Source: Lytechinus pictus
Lineage: Eukaryota
NCBI RefSeq assembly: GCF_037042905.1
Contig: NC_087252.1
Span: forward strand, 682,001 to 746,000
DNA length: 64,000 nt
Direction: 5' to 3'
Below are positions 14,218 through 27,093 of this stretch, in pieces. The translations under genes were made by a program, and so were the position numbers. Under the pieces are notes generated by a model. The model searched no databases, was not told the DNA's origin, and worked only from the letters and a program-made list of their open reading frames with translations. Each line of letters opens with the position of its first letter. Position 1 is the first letter of the stretch.

Positions 14218-15406
14218 CAGTGCATGGAACGTATTCTAACGTCAGGCACAAACTAACGTCAGTGATCTTGATCCCCGTCTTAACCCCAAATTAAGGATTT
14301 CTTAGCTGAAAAAAATTTGACAAGCAAAAAACAAAAAGATCTTCACGTTCAAAATAGGGGACATAAGTCTTTTTTTGTTGCATTTTTACATTACAAATTA
14401 TTAATTTGGCTTTCCAACGGGGGGGGGGGGGGGGGGGGCACGTCCCCTGGATCAGTTGTAAATCGTCAGGGGGAAATCTGCCCACCCCCCCCCCCCTTTG
14501 GTACACTAGTTGTTCCATGCTGATACAGAGCAGATCAGAGTCAAGATCTAGAGACTAGACTAGAACTAAGATATTTTTTTAGATCTAGGACTGGTTCTGT
14601 ATACGGACCAGACATATTAAACCATTGTAAATAAAATCAAACGTAAAGTTCGGAATTGACCGGTTCGATGCTATTACTATTAGTATAAGGCATTAGACAG
14701 GTCCAGATTTGAGATAAAGTTATGCATAGTTTGATTATGTTTAAGAATTGGATATATATCGAGAGAGAGAGATCTAAGCCTATAAGGCCTATGTTACTAT
14801 GTAAGGGTACCGGTAATTTGACGATGCTAATTCATTCTGAGCAACGTGAATGCTTACGACCAGCACTGGTCGAGGCCAAGTCCACGCGCATGCGTACTCT
14901 TAATCCGAGGACGTAAGTCATGAATATTCATATGTTGGTCCAGAACTCGGTGGGAAAAATAATTTCGCAGCCCGCCCTCTAAATATATTTTCCGCGGGCT
15001 TCATTCATTGGCCTGTCTCGAGCCCGAATACTTTTCAGAAACAAGGAGGAAAACGCCCCGCCGGGGAAAAAGCTTAGGAAAAACATACCTTAGACACATT
15101 TGGCTTGTCTTAAAAAATACCCTAAATGCGTTTGACCCCTCGATTGAACATTGACCAGTCTTTCAAAACCACCCTTTTTTGTTTGAAAATCGGTGTTTTT
15201 GATACCCTGAACGAGTGCACGCGCGGCCCGCGTCCAAAACTGAAAAACACCTCTTTAAACGCGTTTTTTTGTCATTCATGTGTATAGCAAAATACTTATA
15301 TGCCCCCCCCCCCCTCCCCCACCCGGAAATCGACACTGACCTGCGCCTGGGTATTTAATTGGGGTGCAGACCAGACTAACTTACCCTGACGGAGAGAACA
15401 TATCTA

Positions 15407-15954
15407 CCCTTTTTACACACGCCAAAATTTCCTTAACCCCGTACTATAGGTGGGGCTAAATTGCCATTTAGCCCCACCTATAGTACGGGGTTAAGCTTAG
15501 CCCACTTTCTTTTTACACAGCATTTTTGCAAAGTGGGCTAACCCCACCTTTAGTACGGGATTATTTGGCCCTGCAAAAAAGCAGGGTTATCCCAGCAATT
15601 GCGGTGCTAAGAGCGATAGTACGGGGTTAAGATCGCTAGTGTAAAACGAAAGTGGGCTAAGCTTAACCCCGTACTATAGGTGGGGCTAAATGGCAATTTG
15701 GCCCCACCTATAGTACGGGGTTAAGGAAATTGTAGCGTGTGTAAAAAGGTACGAGTGAAGTACTTGTACTACGAATGATCGACAAAAACCACTAGTCCGG
15801 GGTTAGCGAGTTTCGTGTGTGAAAAGCAAGTATTCCTTATCCGGGGTTAGCAATAACAATTTGGCATGTGTAAAAAGGAAAAAAAATAGTACGGGGTTAA
15901 GGATAGTACGGGGTTAGCGATAGTCCGGGGCTAAGAAAATCCTGTGTAAAAAGG
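15407..15954. mobile_element. Palindrome-rich MITE-like repeat
   Basis: Ends cctttttacac / gtgtaaaaagg; two ~60-bp hairpins (15433-15494, 15663-15724); many tagtacggggtta motifs. Confidence 0.7.
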
Positions 15955-16199
15955 AATGGACCCGGGAGAGACTAACCCTTGTCAAACCCCTTCACGTCAG
16001 GGTGAATCAGGGACAACTCGAACCTAGGCCCGAGTTGTCCCGACCCCGTCAGGATTTGCGTACTATGACTGTAAATAAATGAACTCGTCTGTATAGTATG
16101 ACAACTGAACTTTGTATTGTACGCTATTAGGCCGACAAACGATCGCTCATTGTACCTTTCATTGTCAACAATCATGCGACTGAATCACTGAATCGGTGA

Positions 16200-16322
16200 G
16201 AGAAAAGCGGAAATAATATTGCACGGGAGGGCTTACAGGGTTGAGCGGAGCTCACGGAGAGGTGAATAAGAATTTAGCCGAAACTACCCCGGAACGGATC
16301 TAGTCACAGTCGGGCCGTATGG
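16200..16322 (+). other. Candidate first exon of the downstream lectin-domain gene
   Basis: CpG-richer unique sequence ending ATGG|GTGAGT (strong donor, phase 1, compatible with the acceptor at 51772); 5' end unknown. Confidence 0.35.
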
Positions 16323-17124
16323 GTGAGTATTATTTTTCACGTATTATAATGGATACATATCCGACCTGTATATGTATGCGCCTGTATGACTATTTCAGTA
16401 CAAGCAACTGCGCCATAATGTTTATTTCCGTTTTTATTATCTACAAAAGAGCACACACACACAGATGGTTTATTGGCACTTTACTAGTCATAATTATAGG
16501 GCATTATTAAATATAAGCAGCCATCGATCGTGTATATTAAATCATCATACTACTGGAGTAACTGGATATAAAAGACCATAAAAGCTTATGTACTTTTTTA
16601 TTAGGCATGTAATAGCAACAAAACCATTTGTATTCGTCGCGTATACTGCTGTACTTGTGTGTCTGCTCGGGTATAGGCTATTATGTTCAGGGACTTCCCG
16701 TTGAACTGCTAATTGACTTTGACGCCCAGGCTTTGACGACTATGGAAGGCCGATAGTGCCAAAAACGTGAACTACCATACGTATGCTCAAAAAAGAGTAC
16801 GTGTTCTTTGTTAAGAGTACGTGTTCTCCGTTAAGAGTACGTGTGCTCTAATGGACCAATCAGCGAGCTCGATTTGGGTTTTATGCACGCGTATGCTTTT
16901 ACCATACGTCAGCTTGTAGCAAACGTATGAGTTGAGAACGCATATGCTAATATCTCACTTCAGCTAAAAGCATAGGTATGCTCAGTCCATTCTGAAATTC
17001 GTTCTTTTCACTTTGACCAATCACATGGAGCCTTTCATTGAAGTTCGGAAGCGCGATTGCTAGTGCGCCATGCATGCATGATAATGCATATATGCACACA
17101 CTATACTACGTTATAGAGATCTAT

Positions 17125-18085
17125 TATTGTTAAAAGAGAAAATTGCGAGGGAGCAAAGCGACTGAGCGGGGGGAGGGGTGGTCTGGGAGGAGGGTGTCCC
17201 ACAGCAGGGAAAATTTTGCATTGTATCTCAAAAAACAAGATTTCTGGTGCATATTTGTGATGTGATTATGTGGTGTGTGATGTACTACTCAATAGTGGAA
17301 GTATTGTTAAAAGAGAAAATTGCGAGGGAGCAAAGCGAGCGGGGGGGGGGGGTGTCCCACAGCAGGGAAAATTTTGCATTGTATCTCAAAAACAATATTT
17401 CTGGTGTATATTTGTGATGTGATTATGTGGTGTGTGATGTACTATACAATAGTGGAAGTATTGTTAAAAGAGAAAATTGCGAGGGAGCAAAGCGACCCGA
17501 GCGGGGGGGGGGGGGGGTGTCCCACAGCAGGGAATGATTTTGCATTGTATTTCAAAAACAAGATTTCTGGTGCACATTTGGGATGTGATTATGCGGTGTG
17601 TTATGTACTACTCAAGAGTGGAAATTATCTTTAAAAGAGAAAATTGCAAGGGAGCAAAGCTACCAAGCGGAGGAGTGTGTGGGAGACGGTGTCCCCATTA
17701 TGCAGGGGCAGGGGAAAATAATTTTGGCGTCTCAAAAATAAACCTGTTTGAACCATGTTTGTGCTGTGATTATATTGATATGAATTATGACATACTCTGA
17801 AAAGCGGGAATTGTTGGAAGAAAAAAAACGTGAGGGAGCGAAGGGACCGGGCGGGTGAGGGTCTGGGAGGAGAGGTCCCCCTCCCAGAGCAGGGGAATAT
17901 TTTGTTGTCAGAAAAACATACTTTCTGTGCATATTTTGTGTTGTAATTATGTGGTGTGTGATGTACTCCTGAAAAGAAGATATTATCGTTGAAAGAGAAC
18001 ATTGCCAGGGAGCAGAGCGACCGAGCGGTGGAATGTCTGGGAAGGGGTGTCCCCATCTCAGGGCAGGGAATTTTTTGCATTTGGG
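17125..18085 (+). repeat. Degenerate tandem repeat, ~6 units of ~160-185 bp
   Basis: Units begin with ttaaaagagaaaattgcgagggagcaaagcga or variants at ~17130, 17307, 17464, 17631, 17815, 17989. Confidence 0.85.
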
Positions 18086-19677
18086 GTCTCAATAAAAGTT
18101 TTCTGATGCATGTTTGTACTGCGTCTTTGTGTGCGAATGGAATACTCCAGAATAACAGAAATTTATTCCCGTTAACCAACAGCACAAATAGTCAGTTTTA
18201 TTGGGGGTATATTAGGCAAAAATCCATGCAATTTACTCAAATGTGCGAACGAGCGAAGCGAGCGAGCGCTTCGCAAAGTATAAATATCCATGTCTAGTAA
18301 GGAAATGAAATGACGATTGAGAGACAAGAGAGTACATAATATATAAGCCATGCAGTTTTCCGGAATGGAATATAAGTTGTGGATATTGTAATAAAGCATT
18401 ACTTTGAAGTGGTATAATAAATGATCAATTTTTAGCAGATTGAGGACTGTTAAACTGTAATGCGACCGGGGGAAGAAATGCGGGCGTTTCCCCTCCCAGG
18501 TCTTATAGGGATTCGGAGGATTTTTGGATATCAAAAGCAAGAGTTATAGGGAAAGCATGTTAATCTAAAATTACATTATGTCCTCGTGAATATTTTCTGC
18601 ATATAAAGGTTAAATACAATGTCACAACTTGGAGAGAATGTACGAGTGCTAGAGAATGGAGGGAGCAAGCTTTGAAAATTGTATATTTAAAATATTTATA
18701 TATATAGTTAAGTGTTTTTCCTTTATTTCATAAACAAGAGATTAGTGTGATATGGTATTGTTTATTTGAGTTTATTTTGTCACCGACAAAAGCGCTACCC
18801 CTTCTTGCAAAATCCCCAAAGTAGTTTTGTGTACGGTGAGTGGGTATGGGCTTACGAGCACACCTTTGTGGGGAGGGGGGGGGGGACGGGAGGGCTTAAC
18901 AATATCAATATTGCCAGAATATCAGCCTTTCAGATTTTGTTAAGAGCAAGTAAGAAAAGTTGGTTATAAAAGCGTATGAATATTAATACATGTGCATTCA
19001 GACATAAAATTACTCCAAATTTTTGAGGGTATTTTCAGCACTTTGTTGCCGGAATATTTGCAAATGACTCCGGTTGAATGAATGAACTTTATTGATCTTC
19101 CTTGAAAAAGTAACATATAACAAGATACATGTACAATATCATATGCTAACGCATATGTTGAAAACGTTTAAAAGCAACAAATATCGATAATTAAAGGAAA
19201 GTAATGTAAAGACAAGGAAGACGAGGAGACCTTTAGAAGCCAGGCTTGTTATACGGTCCCTCAGTATTGAAACAATACATTATTTGTTTAAAGCAAAACT
19301 TGATTCTAGCTAAACTGGTTGATAATACTAAAAAAAAAAGAAATAGGTTGTACTAAGGTTATACAAGGATACATATGTGGTTAAAAATTATTTACAGATG
19401 AATAATGGATATGTTGAAGAAAAAAAAAAGTAGGTATAAAAAAAAAACCAGATAGATAGATAGACAAATAGATAGATAGAATAACGGGGGGAGCACGAAG
19501 TTACAAGATAGAAAATGGCAAGAGATAAGAGATTTGTAACAAAAACTATAATTGAAATGACTACTACATGTAGTACTTAATAACAGGAGTACATGTACAT
19601 GTACCAGTTGGTCGAGACATTTTACATAATTTATATTGCTAATCACATAGTTCTGCATGTATTTAAAAGAAAAACAA

Positions 19678-22600
19678 TTATACATCATAAATGTACTTAT
19701 TCAAAAATGAAAGTTTCAATTTCCTTTTAAAAACAGAAATACTAACAGACCCGGTAATGTTGGAGTTCAAAGAATTCCATAACTTTGGCCCTGTACAGAT
19801 CAGTGTTTTCTGAGCAAATATTGTCCTTGCATGAGGAATACGCAGTGCAGTAGCATTTCTTGTTGGGTAATTATGAAATTGGTTGTTCCTATGAAATAAA
19901 TATGCTAACGTCAATGGCAAATCACCTCTATGAAAATTATACATGAGTGACCCCAATTGCAGAAGATAAACATCTTCCAACTTCAAAACATGATGTTCAT
20001 AAAACAGAGGAGAAGTGTGAGCTAGAAAGTCAGCATTACTAACCGCTCGTATAGCTCTCTTTTGGACCAGAAATAATTTATTCAGCTGTGTCTTAAGAGA
20101 GTTACCCCATGCAAGGATCCCATAATTTATGTAAGGAAGAATCAAAGTTGAATATAGAATTTTCAGAATATGTGTTGGGAGATACAATTTAAGCCTGTTT
20201 AAAACACCTACATTCTTTGACAACAGCTTACATAATATGTTGATATGAGTTTTCCAATTTAGATTCTCATCAATATGAAGACCCAGAAATTTAGTTGTAA
20301 CCACTCTGTCAATTAATACACCATTGAAAGAGATATCACCAGGCAGAGTTTTGATTGTGTTGCTAAATAACATGTAATTAGTCTTCTTGAGATTGAGGGA
20401 CAATTTGTTTGCATGAATCCAGGTTGTTATTTTTTGCAACTCAATATTGACGGTATTCAGGAGATATTGAGGATCTTTATGGGAAAAAAATATATTGGAA
20501 TCATCTGCAAAAAGTAAAAAGGATAACAGTTTAGATGAATACTGGAAGTCATTAATGTACAATATAAACAAGAGGGGTCCTAAAAGTGATCCCTGTGGGA
20601 CACCACATGTTACACTATGTAATTCCGAATCCACACCATTTAAAGAAACAAACTGTTTCCTCTCTGCCAAATAACTTCTGAACCAGTGAAGGGCTGTGCC
20701 TCTCATTCCATAATATTCCAGTTTACTCAACAGAATATTATGATCTACAGTATCAAATGCCTTAGAGTAGTCCAGAAAAATTCCAATCGTGTGGGTGTGG
20801 TTATCAAGGGCATTTGCAATTTTATTAACAAAATGCAAAACAGCATGGCTTGTGGTATGTTTTTCTCTGAAACCGAATTGGAATTGAGAGAACACATTAC
20901 TCTCATTCAAAAACTTTACAGTTCGTACGTATACTAGCTTTTCTAAAAGCTTAGAAAAGGTTGTTAATAGAGAAATTGGACGATAATTTGTTAATAATTT
21001 TGCATTCCCTTTTTTAAATACAGGCACTACTTTAGCAATTTTCATCTTCAAAGGCACAGCCCCATTTAACAAAGACAGGTTAAAGATGTGTGCAAGAGGT
21101 TTCAATATGCCATCAACAACATTCTTAATTAAACCATTTCCAATACTATCACACCCTGGGCTTTTCCCTTTCTTTAAGGCACCTATTAAATCAAGAAGTT
21201 CCTTCTCTTTTATGGGCGAGAGGAAAATACTTTGCTTGTTTGGTGACTTAAGATAATGATGAAATTGTTGTTGAAAGTCCGGTATTTCCCTTGACAAATT
21301 AGGGCCAATATTACAAAAATAAGTATTAAATTTCTCCACAATTATCTTTCGATCATTGATCAAGTTGCCATCAACCTCCAACTCATTTATATTTGATACT
21401 TTTTGCTTTCCTTTGAATAAGCTATTAATGACCTTCCATGTTGCCTTAATGTCATTACACGCAACCTTCAATTGATTAGCATAATATTCTCGTTTAGCAG
21501 TGCGCAAAAGTGAAGTGAGGATATTTCTATAACTGGAATATTTTCTTCGTGAATTTTCACATTTACTCACTTTATATTTGTGAAAAAGTCTATTTTTCTT
21601 ATTAATTGATCTCAGTAAAGAATGCGTAATCCATGGCATTTTAGGCAATTTCTTATGACTAGGACGGTCCACAGATCGAAATGGGACATTATCATTATAC
21701 AATAGCATGAATTTATCAAAAAAAAAGTATTAAATGAACTATCTACATCATGATCTGAGAGGACATCATCCCATGTAGTTGCCATTAAAGCATTCTTAAA
21801 CTTGGCAATGTTTTCAGGGCTATTAACCCGAGACCGTTTATTTGCAGTATCAATAAATGGACGCCTGAGCAAAGCCATTCTGCAATATACAGGAAAATGA
21901 TCTGAAAGATCGGAAATGACTATACCAGATTCTGGTAAAGGATGAACATTGCAGAAAATGTTATCGATAAGGGTAGCAGACGTGTTTGTTATTCTTGTTG
22001 GTTTAGTAATCAGTGGAACAAAAGAAGATGAAATAAACATATTCACAATTTCATTAGCCTTATCATCTGAATCGCAGTTAAGCAAATTAATATTAAAATC
22101 ACCCATTAAAAACACACGTTTGTTGTTCAGTAAATTGTTCGTAATTATTGTCTGTATCTGTTCGGAAAATGACTTCAGATTACTATGAGGAGGCCTATAA
22201 ATAACTCCTATAACAACATTTTTCCTGCCTGGAAGTAATAGCTCAACAAAAAAAGTTTCTAAACTCTCATTCATAATAGTGATATCTGGACAAAAGTTAA
22301 AATCAAATCTGGATGGGACATAGACAGCCAAACCACCACCTCTTTTCTTATCCCTGTTATTAGTAACTAAACTAAAACCAGGAATATTATACAGACTTGT
22401 GAGTGTGTCTGGAGAAAACCAGGTCTCAGTAATACCTATAACAGGGGAGGTATTAAGTTAATTGACAAAGACACTAAAGAGATCAACATTCCTGCACATG
22501 CTCCGCACATTCATGTGGATAAGAGTAAGTGCCTGATTTTCAGGTTCACCCTGGATACTAGTAAAAAACTCATTTTCAGCAAAATACTTGCAGTTCGAAG

Positions 22601-22688
22601 ATACCACATTATGCTCATCATCAAAATGCAAGAAAGTGTTTGTGTTTGACTAAAAAAATTCACTTATGTTTCCTTCATTTTCAGCCAT
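19678..22688 (-). pseudogene. LINE ORF2 (APE endonuclease + reverse transcriptase), disrupted, copy 1
   Basis: ITETW, YRPP, GDFN, SDH and QFGF, GVPQGS, FADD motifs; TAG at codon 13, extra TAA at 22458-22460, T9 frameshift at 21718-21726. Confidence 0.93.
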
Positions 22689-23012
22689 TACATTGATAGG
22701 AATAATGTACAAAGTAATGTGCGACCATGCAGTCAACAAAACGTGATACACATTTCAAAATAGTTCTCTTCCTCATACAAGGTAAAACATTTACAACAGT
22801 TGACGTGCTCACAAAGATGGGAAAAAAGAAAGGAAAGGAAAGAAAGGATACAGCATAACATACTAAATATAGCATAGAAAATATAAAAATACTACCTATA
22901 CATCTATTCTGAGGTGAGAAAAATAAATGAAAACAAATGGTAAAAGAATTAGAATTATCGCCAAAGGGCCTAAAATAAGGTAACCCTACTCCACTGATGG
23001 AAAGGAGCTGCA

Positions 23013-23738
23013 CTACTTTAAATTGTCAATGTCTCTAATGTCAGTTATAAGCTTTTTCTTGAGGCCACCAGCTGAGTCCTTTAGCCCCGCGTAGATGCGT
23101 CCGTCCACGGCCCACACCTTTTCCACCTTCCCTGCGTGTCGGGCCGCATGATAGAGTTTTTGTCTTCGCTGTGTCAGGTCTTCGTTGAGATAAATCGACG
23201 ATCCTTTCAAAGAAGGCCTCCCACGGACGAACTTGAACTTTGCGTTCTGAGACGCAAACTTGACAATGATGGGGCGTGAACCAGATCTTTCGGCAGCCCA
23301 AGCAGCCTTGACAGGTCCAAGGCGGTGGAACCTGTCGATGTCAGATAGGGATATTTCCACCCCCATCCTCTTCGCAACATTTCCCACCACCTCGTCGGTT
23401 GACTCTCCCTCCTTCTCCTCAATGCCGTAGATACGGATGTTCTTCCTTCGGGAGTACTGCTCCATATCGTCAGTCTTGACTTGAAGCGCCAGAATCGACT
23501 GCTGGGCGGCTTCCTTCCTCTCCCTCAGCTTCTCTATTTCAGCAGCTTGAGCATTCGCCTTCATCTCTAGCTCCAAGATTTTGGACTCCTGCTCCTCAAG
23601 CCTTGCTGCAAGGCTAGAGATTACAGCCTCCTTCACCATTACCTGCAACAGCTGCTTAAAATCAGAATTGGATCCCAATTCTCCAACAACACGGCGGGCA
23701 ATTTCAGCAGTGTCCGATTTTGCTTGTTTGGGTGACAT
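23013..23738 (-). CDS. LINE ORF1 protein (coiled coil + RRM + C-terminal domain), copy 1
   Basis: 241-aa ORF with heptad-rich region, EQYSRRKNIRIYGIEE, RPIIVKF and IYLNEDLT motifs typical of L1-like ORF1. Confidence 0.9.
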   Translation of the reverse strand: MSPKQAKSDTAEIARRVVGELGSNSDFKQLLQVMVKEAVISSLAARLEEQESKILELEMKANAQAAEIEKLRERKEAAQQSILALQVKTDDMEQYSRRKNIRIYGIEEKEGESTDEVVGNVAKRMGVEISLSDIDRFHRLGPVKAAWAAERSGSRPIIVKFASQNAKFKFVRGRPSLKGSSIYLNEDLTQRRQKLYHAARHAGKVEKVWAVDGRIYAGLKDSAGGLKKKLITDIRDIDNLK

Positions 23739-24969
23739 GGTGCTGGAACGATCAAATAAATCAACTCAGGGGAAGGGAGCTCAAGCACAGCTTTGCAGAC
23801 CACAAGGTCACATTCCACAGTTATGACTCCAGAAAGTGAGAGCACATGAGCACATTAAAGTAGAGCAGAACTGACCATGCTGACACAAAATCCAATATAT
23901 GGGGTACTGCACAAAAATCAAGTCATTCCCAGATTCAATACTCACTTGGCCTAATTGGCAATAAGAGAAGGTAAATTAAGACATTATATGCATGTTCCTG
24001 ATGACAAAATCGATAGCCAAAGGATGCTATTGCATATTAAACACAGAAGACCGCGAAAGCAGGTAAAATGATATTGGTGATGATGATGGAGATTACTAGT
24101 AACCTGTATGTATGTATGTATGTGTTCCCCGATTATCATCAATTTATAAAATATTTGGGGGCCAACACGCCCCGGGCTCATACGCCTATATGGGAAAGAT
24201 ACAGGTATACCGGTAGCAGGGGCCCGGGATGTGCGCCATACAAGAGGGCAGGTGATGTGAATCGAAGAAGGAAATCTTTTACGAAGGACATTTTTGACAC
24301 AATATCAAGTCTAAAATGAATATGATTGTTTTCGCTTTTTTTTTTGGCATCCATCAATTTTTTTAGGGGGGCACCTGGGGGCACACGATATTTTGCCCCC
24401 CCCCCCCTCGTAGCTACGCCCCTGCCCCCTCCCCATTTTGCCGGAAAGGTGCGTCGGTTATTGTTTTTTCTCTGTTTCAATATAGTCAACCTCAGCAGTC
24501 TAAAACCTTTTTGCAAGAATAATCCTTCCTAAATATTATAATTTATTATTAATAATTTCCTATTTTCTGAGATGAAAACAAGAGGTTATGAGCATTATTT
24601 GCAATCATGAATATGATTATCTCAACAATCGACGCGTTCGCGAAGCGCGAGTTAAAAAATTGATTTTCCGACCTCAAACTGGACACTCTATACACTATTG
24701 GTAATCTTGAAGAATAATGTGTTTCTAAATCTGTTGAGTTTGGCCGTGAAGACTAGCGATGATCTGGCAACCCTGTTTCTAAGTAAACATTTCATTACAG
24801 ATGATTATTTGTTACTTTCAAGAGATAGAGATTTTTACAAAGCAAAATTTGATAAATGCAAATGTACTTTTGATACAAAACAGATGGAATATTTTTGGAA
24901 AGAACATAACAAATAAATAATAATAATAATAATAACAATAATAATAATAATAATAATAAATAATATGAA

Positions 24970-25444
24970 CAAAAAGTCGAAACGGGAATATTATTGTAAC
25001 AAATTCAAAGAATTCGCGAAAAATGATCTAAAACAAAAATGGAAAGTAATAAAAGAACTCCTACCAGCCAAAAAGTCGGAGTCTGAAATAATTTTAAGAT
25101 AGAACATGAAAGTGTGAAAATTGAAAACAATGTAGAAATTGGTAATGTATTTAATCAAATGTTTAATAGTTTCGCAGATGAAATAAAGGGTTCCAGTACG
25201 CAAAGCCAACATGATGTACATACTGATGGCAACTATATGCAAAATGTACCAACCACATAGGATACCTTTTCTTTTTCAGATATTAAAGAGGATTTTGTAT
25301 TAAAAGAACTGAATAGTATTGATACGCGTAAAGCCTACGGTCTTGATGGCTTACATCCTACGTTGTTAAAATGTGCGCAGTACAGTTTGATATGATTAAT
25401 GAATGGATGGACAGAAACGAAATGTATATTAACGTCGACAAAAC
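24970..25444 (+). pseudogene. Old internally deleted LINE ORF2 fragment, cut at the amplification junction (also 32386-32860)
   Basis: Translates in pieces to SKREYYCNKFKE...WKVIKELL, RKAYGLDGLHPTLLK, WMDRNEMYINVDK. Confidence 0.75.
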
Positions 25445-27093
25445 GTCCAGAATGTCTGGGAAGGGGTGTCCCCATCTCAGGGCAGGGAATTTTTTGCATT
25501 TGGGGTCTCAATAAAAGTTTTCTGATGCATGTTTGTACTGCGTCTTTGTGTGCGAATGGAATACTCCAGAATAACAGAAATTTATTCCCGTTAACCAACA
25601 GCACAAATAGTCAGTTTTATTGGGGGTATATTAGGCAAAAATCCATGCAATTTACTCAAATGTGCGAACGAGCGAAGCGAGCGAGCGCTTCGCAAAGTAT
25701 AAATATCCATGTCTAGTAAGGAAATGAAATGACGATTGAGAGACAAGAGAGTACATAATATATAAGCCATGCAGTTTTCCGGAATGGAATATAAGTTGTG
25801 GATATTGTAATAAAGCATTACTTTGAAGTGGTATAATAAATGATCAATTTTTAGCAGATTGAGGACTGTTAAACTGTAATGCGACCGGGGGAAGAAATGC
25901 GGGCGTTTCCCCTCCCAGGTCTGATAGGGATTCGGAGGATTTTTGGATATCAAAAGCAAGAGTTATAGGGAAAGCATGTTAATCTAAAATTACATTATGT
26001 CCTCGTGAATATTTTCTGCATATAAAGGTTAAATACAATGTCACAACTTGGAGAGAATGTACGAGTGCTAGAGAATGGAGGGAGCAAGCTTTGAAAATTG
26101 TATATTTAAAATATTTATATATATAGTTAAGTGTTTTTCCTTTATTTCATAAACAAGAGATTAGTGTGATATGGTATTGTTTATTTGAGTTTATTTTGTC
26201 ACCACAAAAGCGCTACCCCTTCTTGCAAAATCCCCAAAGTAGTTTTGTGTACGGTGAGTGGGTATGGGCTTACGAGCACACCTTTGTGGGGGAGGGGGGG
26301 GGGCGGGAGGGCTTAACAATATCAATATTGCCAGAATATCAGCCTTTCAGATTTTGTTAAGAGCAAGTAAGAAAAGTTGGTTATAAAAGCGTATGAATAT
26401 TAATACATGTGCATTCAGACATAAAATTACTCCAAATTTTTGAGGATATTTTCAGCACTTTGTTGCCGGAATATTTGCAAATGACTCCGGTTGAATGAAT
26501 GAACTTTATTGATCTTCCTTGAAAAAGTAACATATAACAAGATACATGTACAATATCATATGCTAACGCATATGTTGAAAACGTTTAAAAGCAACAAATA
26601 TCGATAATTAAAGGAAAGTAATGTAAAGACAAGGAAGACGAGGAGACCTTTGGAAGCCAGGCTTGTTATACGGTCCCTCAGTATTGAAACAATACATTAT
26701 TTGTTTAAAGCAAAACTTGATTCTAGCTAAACTGGTTGATAATACTAAAAAAAAAGAAATAGGTTGTACTAAGGTTATACAAGGATACATATGTGGTTAA
26801 AAATTATTTACAGATGAATAATGGATATGTTGAAGAAAAAAAAAAGTAGGTATAAAAAAAAAACCAGATAGATAGATAGACAAATAGATAGATAGAATAA
26901 CGGGGGGAGCACGAAGTTACAAGATAGAAAATGGCAAGAGATAAGAGATTTGTAACAAAAACTATAATTGAAATGACTACTACATGTAGTACTTAATAAC
27001 AGGAGTACATGTACATGTACCAGTTGGTCGAGACATTTTACATAATTTATATTGCTAATCACATAGTTCTGCATGTATTTAAAAGAAAAACAA

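Larger units (their letters stand above)
9292..14968. mobile_element. Non-autonomous Mutator-like (MULE)/foldback element with ~650-700-bp inverted arms and 9-bp TSD
   Basis: Ends gcgaaattatttttcccaccgagttctggacc / ggtccagaactcggtgggaaaaataatttcgc; TSD agcccgccc at 9283-9291 and 14969-14977; left arm (9292-9600, 9765-9795, 12484-12890) mirrors 14300-14968. Confidence 0.9.
9168..15326. mobile_element. Outer TIR element with poly-G/poly-C termini, split by the Mutator-like insertion
   Basis: Left (G)n-gcagtcaaatgtattgctgtacacatg mirrors right catgtgtatagcaaaatacttatatg-(C)n; aatcgac on both flanks; a related left end occurs at ~49815. Confidence 0.55.
19074..23884 (-). mobile_element. CR1/L2-group LINE, near full length, copy 1
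   Basis: ORF1 plus APE-RT ORF2; 3' UTR ending AATAAA and (TTCA)n tail; 5' boundary approximate. Confidence 0.95.

Noticed and set aside
226..16510. Many 60-95-aa ORFs outside the LINE remnant
   Set aside because: They fall in AT-rich or repeat sequence, with no recognisable motifs or consistent exon chain.
22681..23013. 110-aa hydrophobic ORF between LINE ORF1 and ORF2, possible 2A-like leader
   Set aside because: GTG start, T-rich spacer composition and no DxExNPGP motif; its presence in three copies only reflects the triplication.
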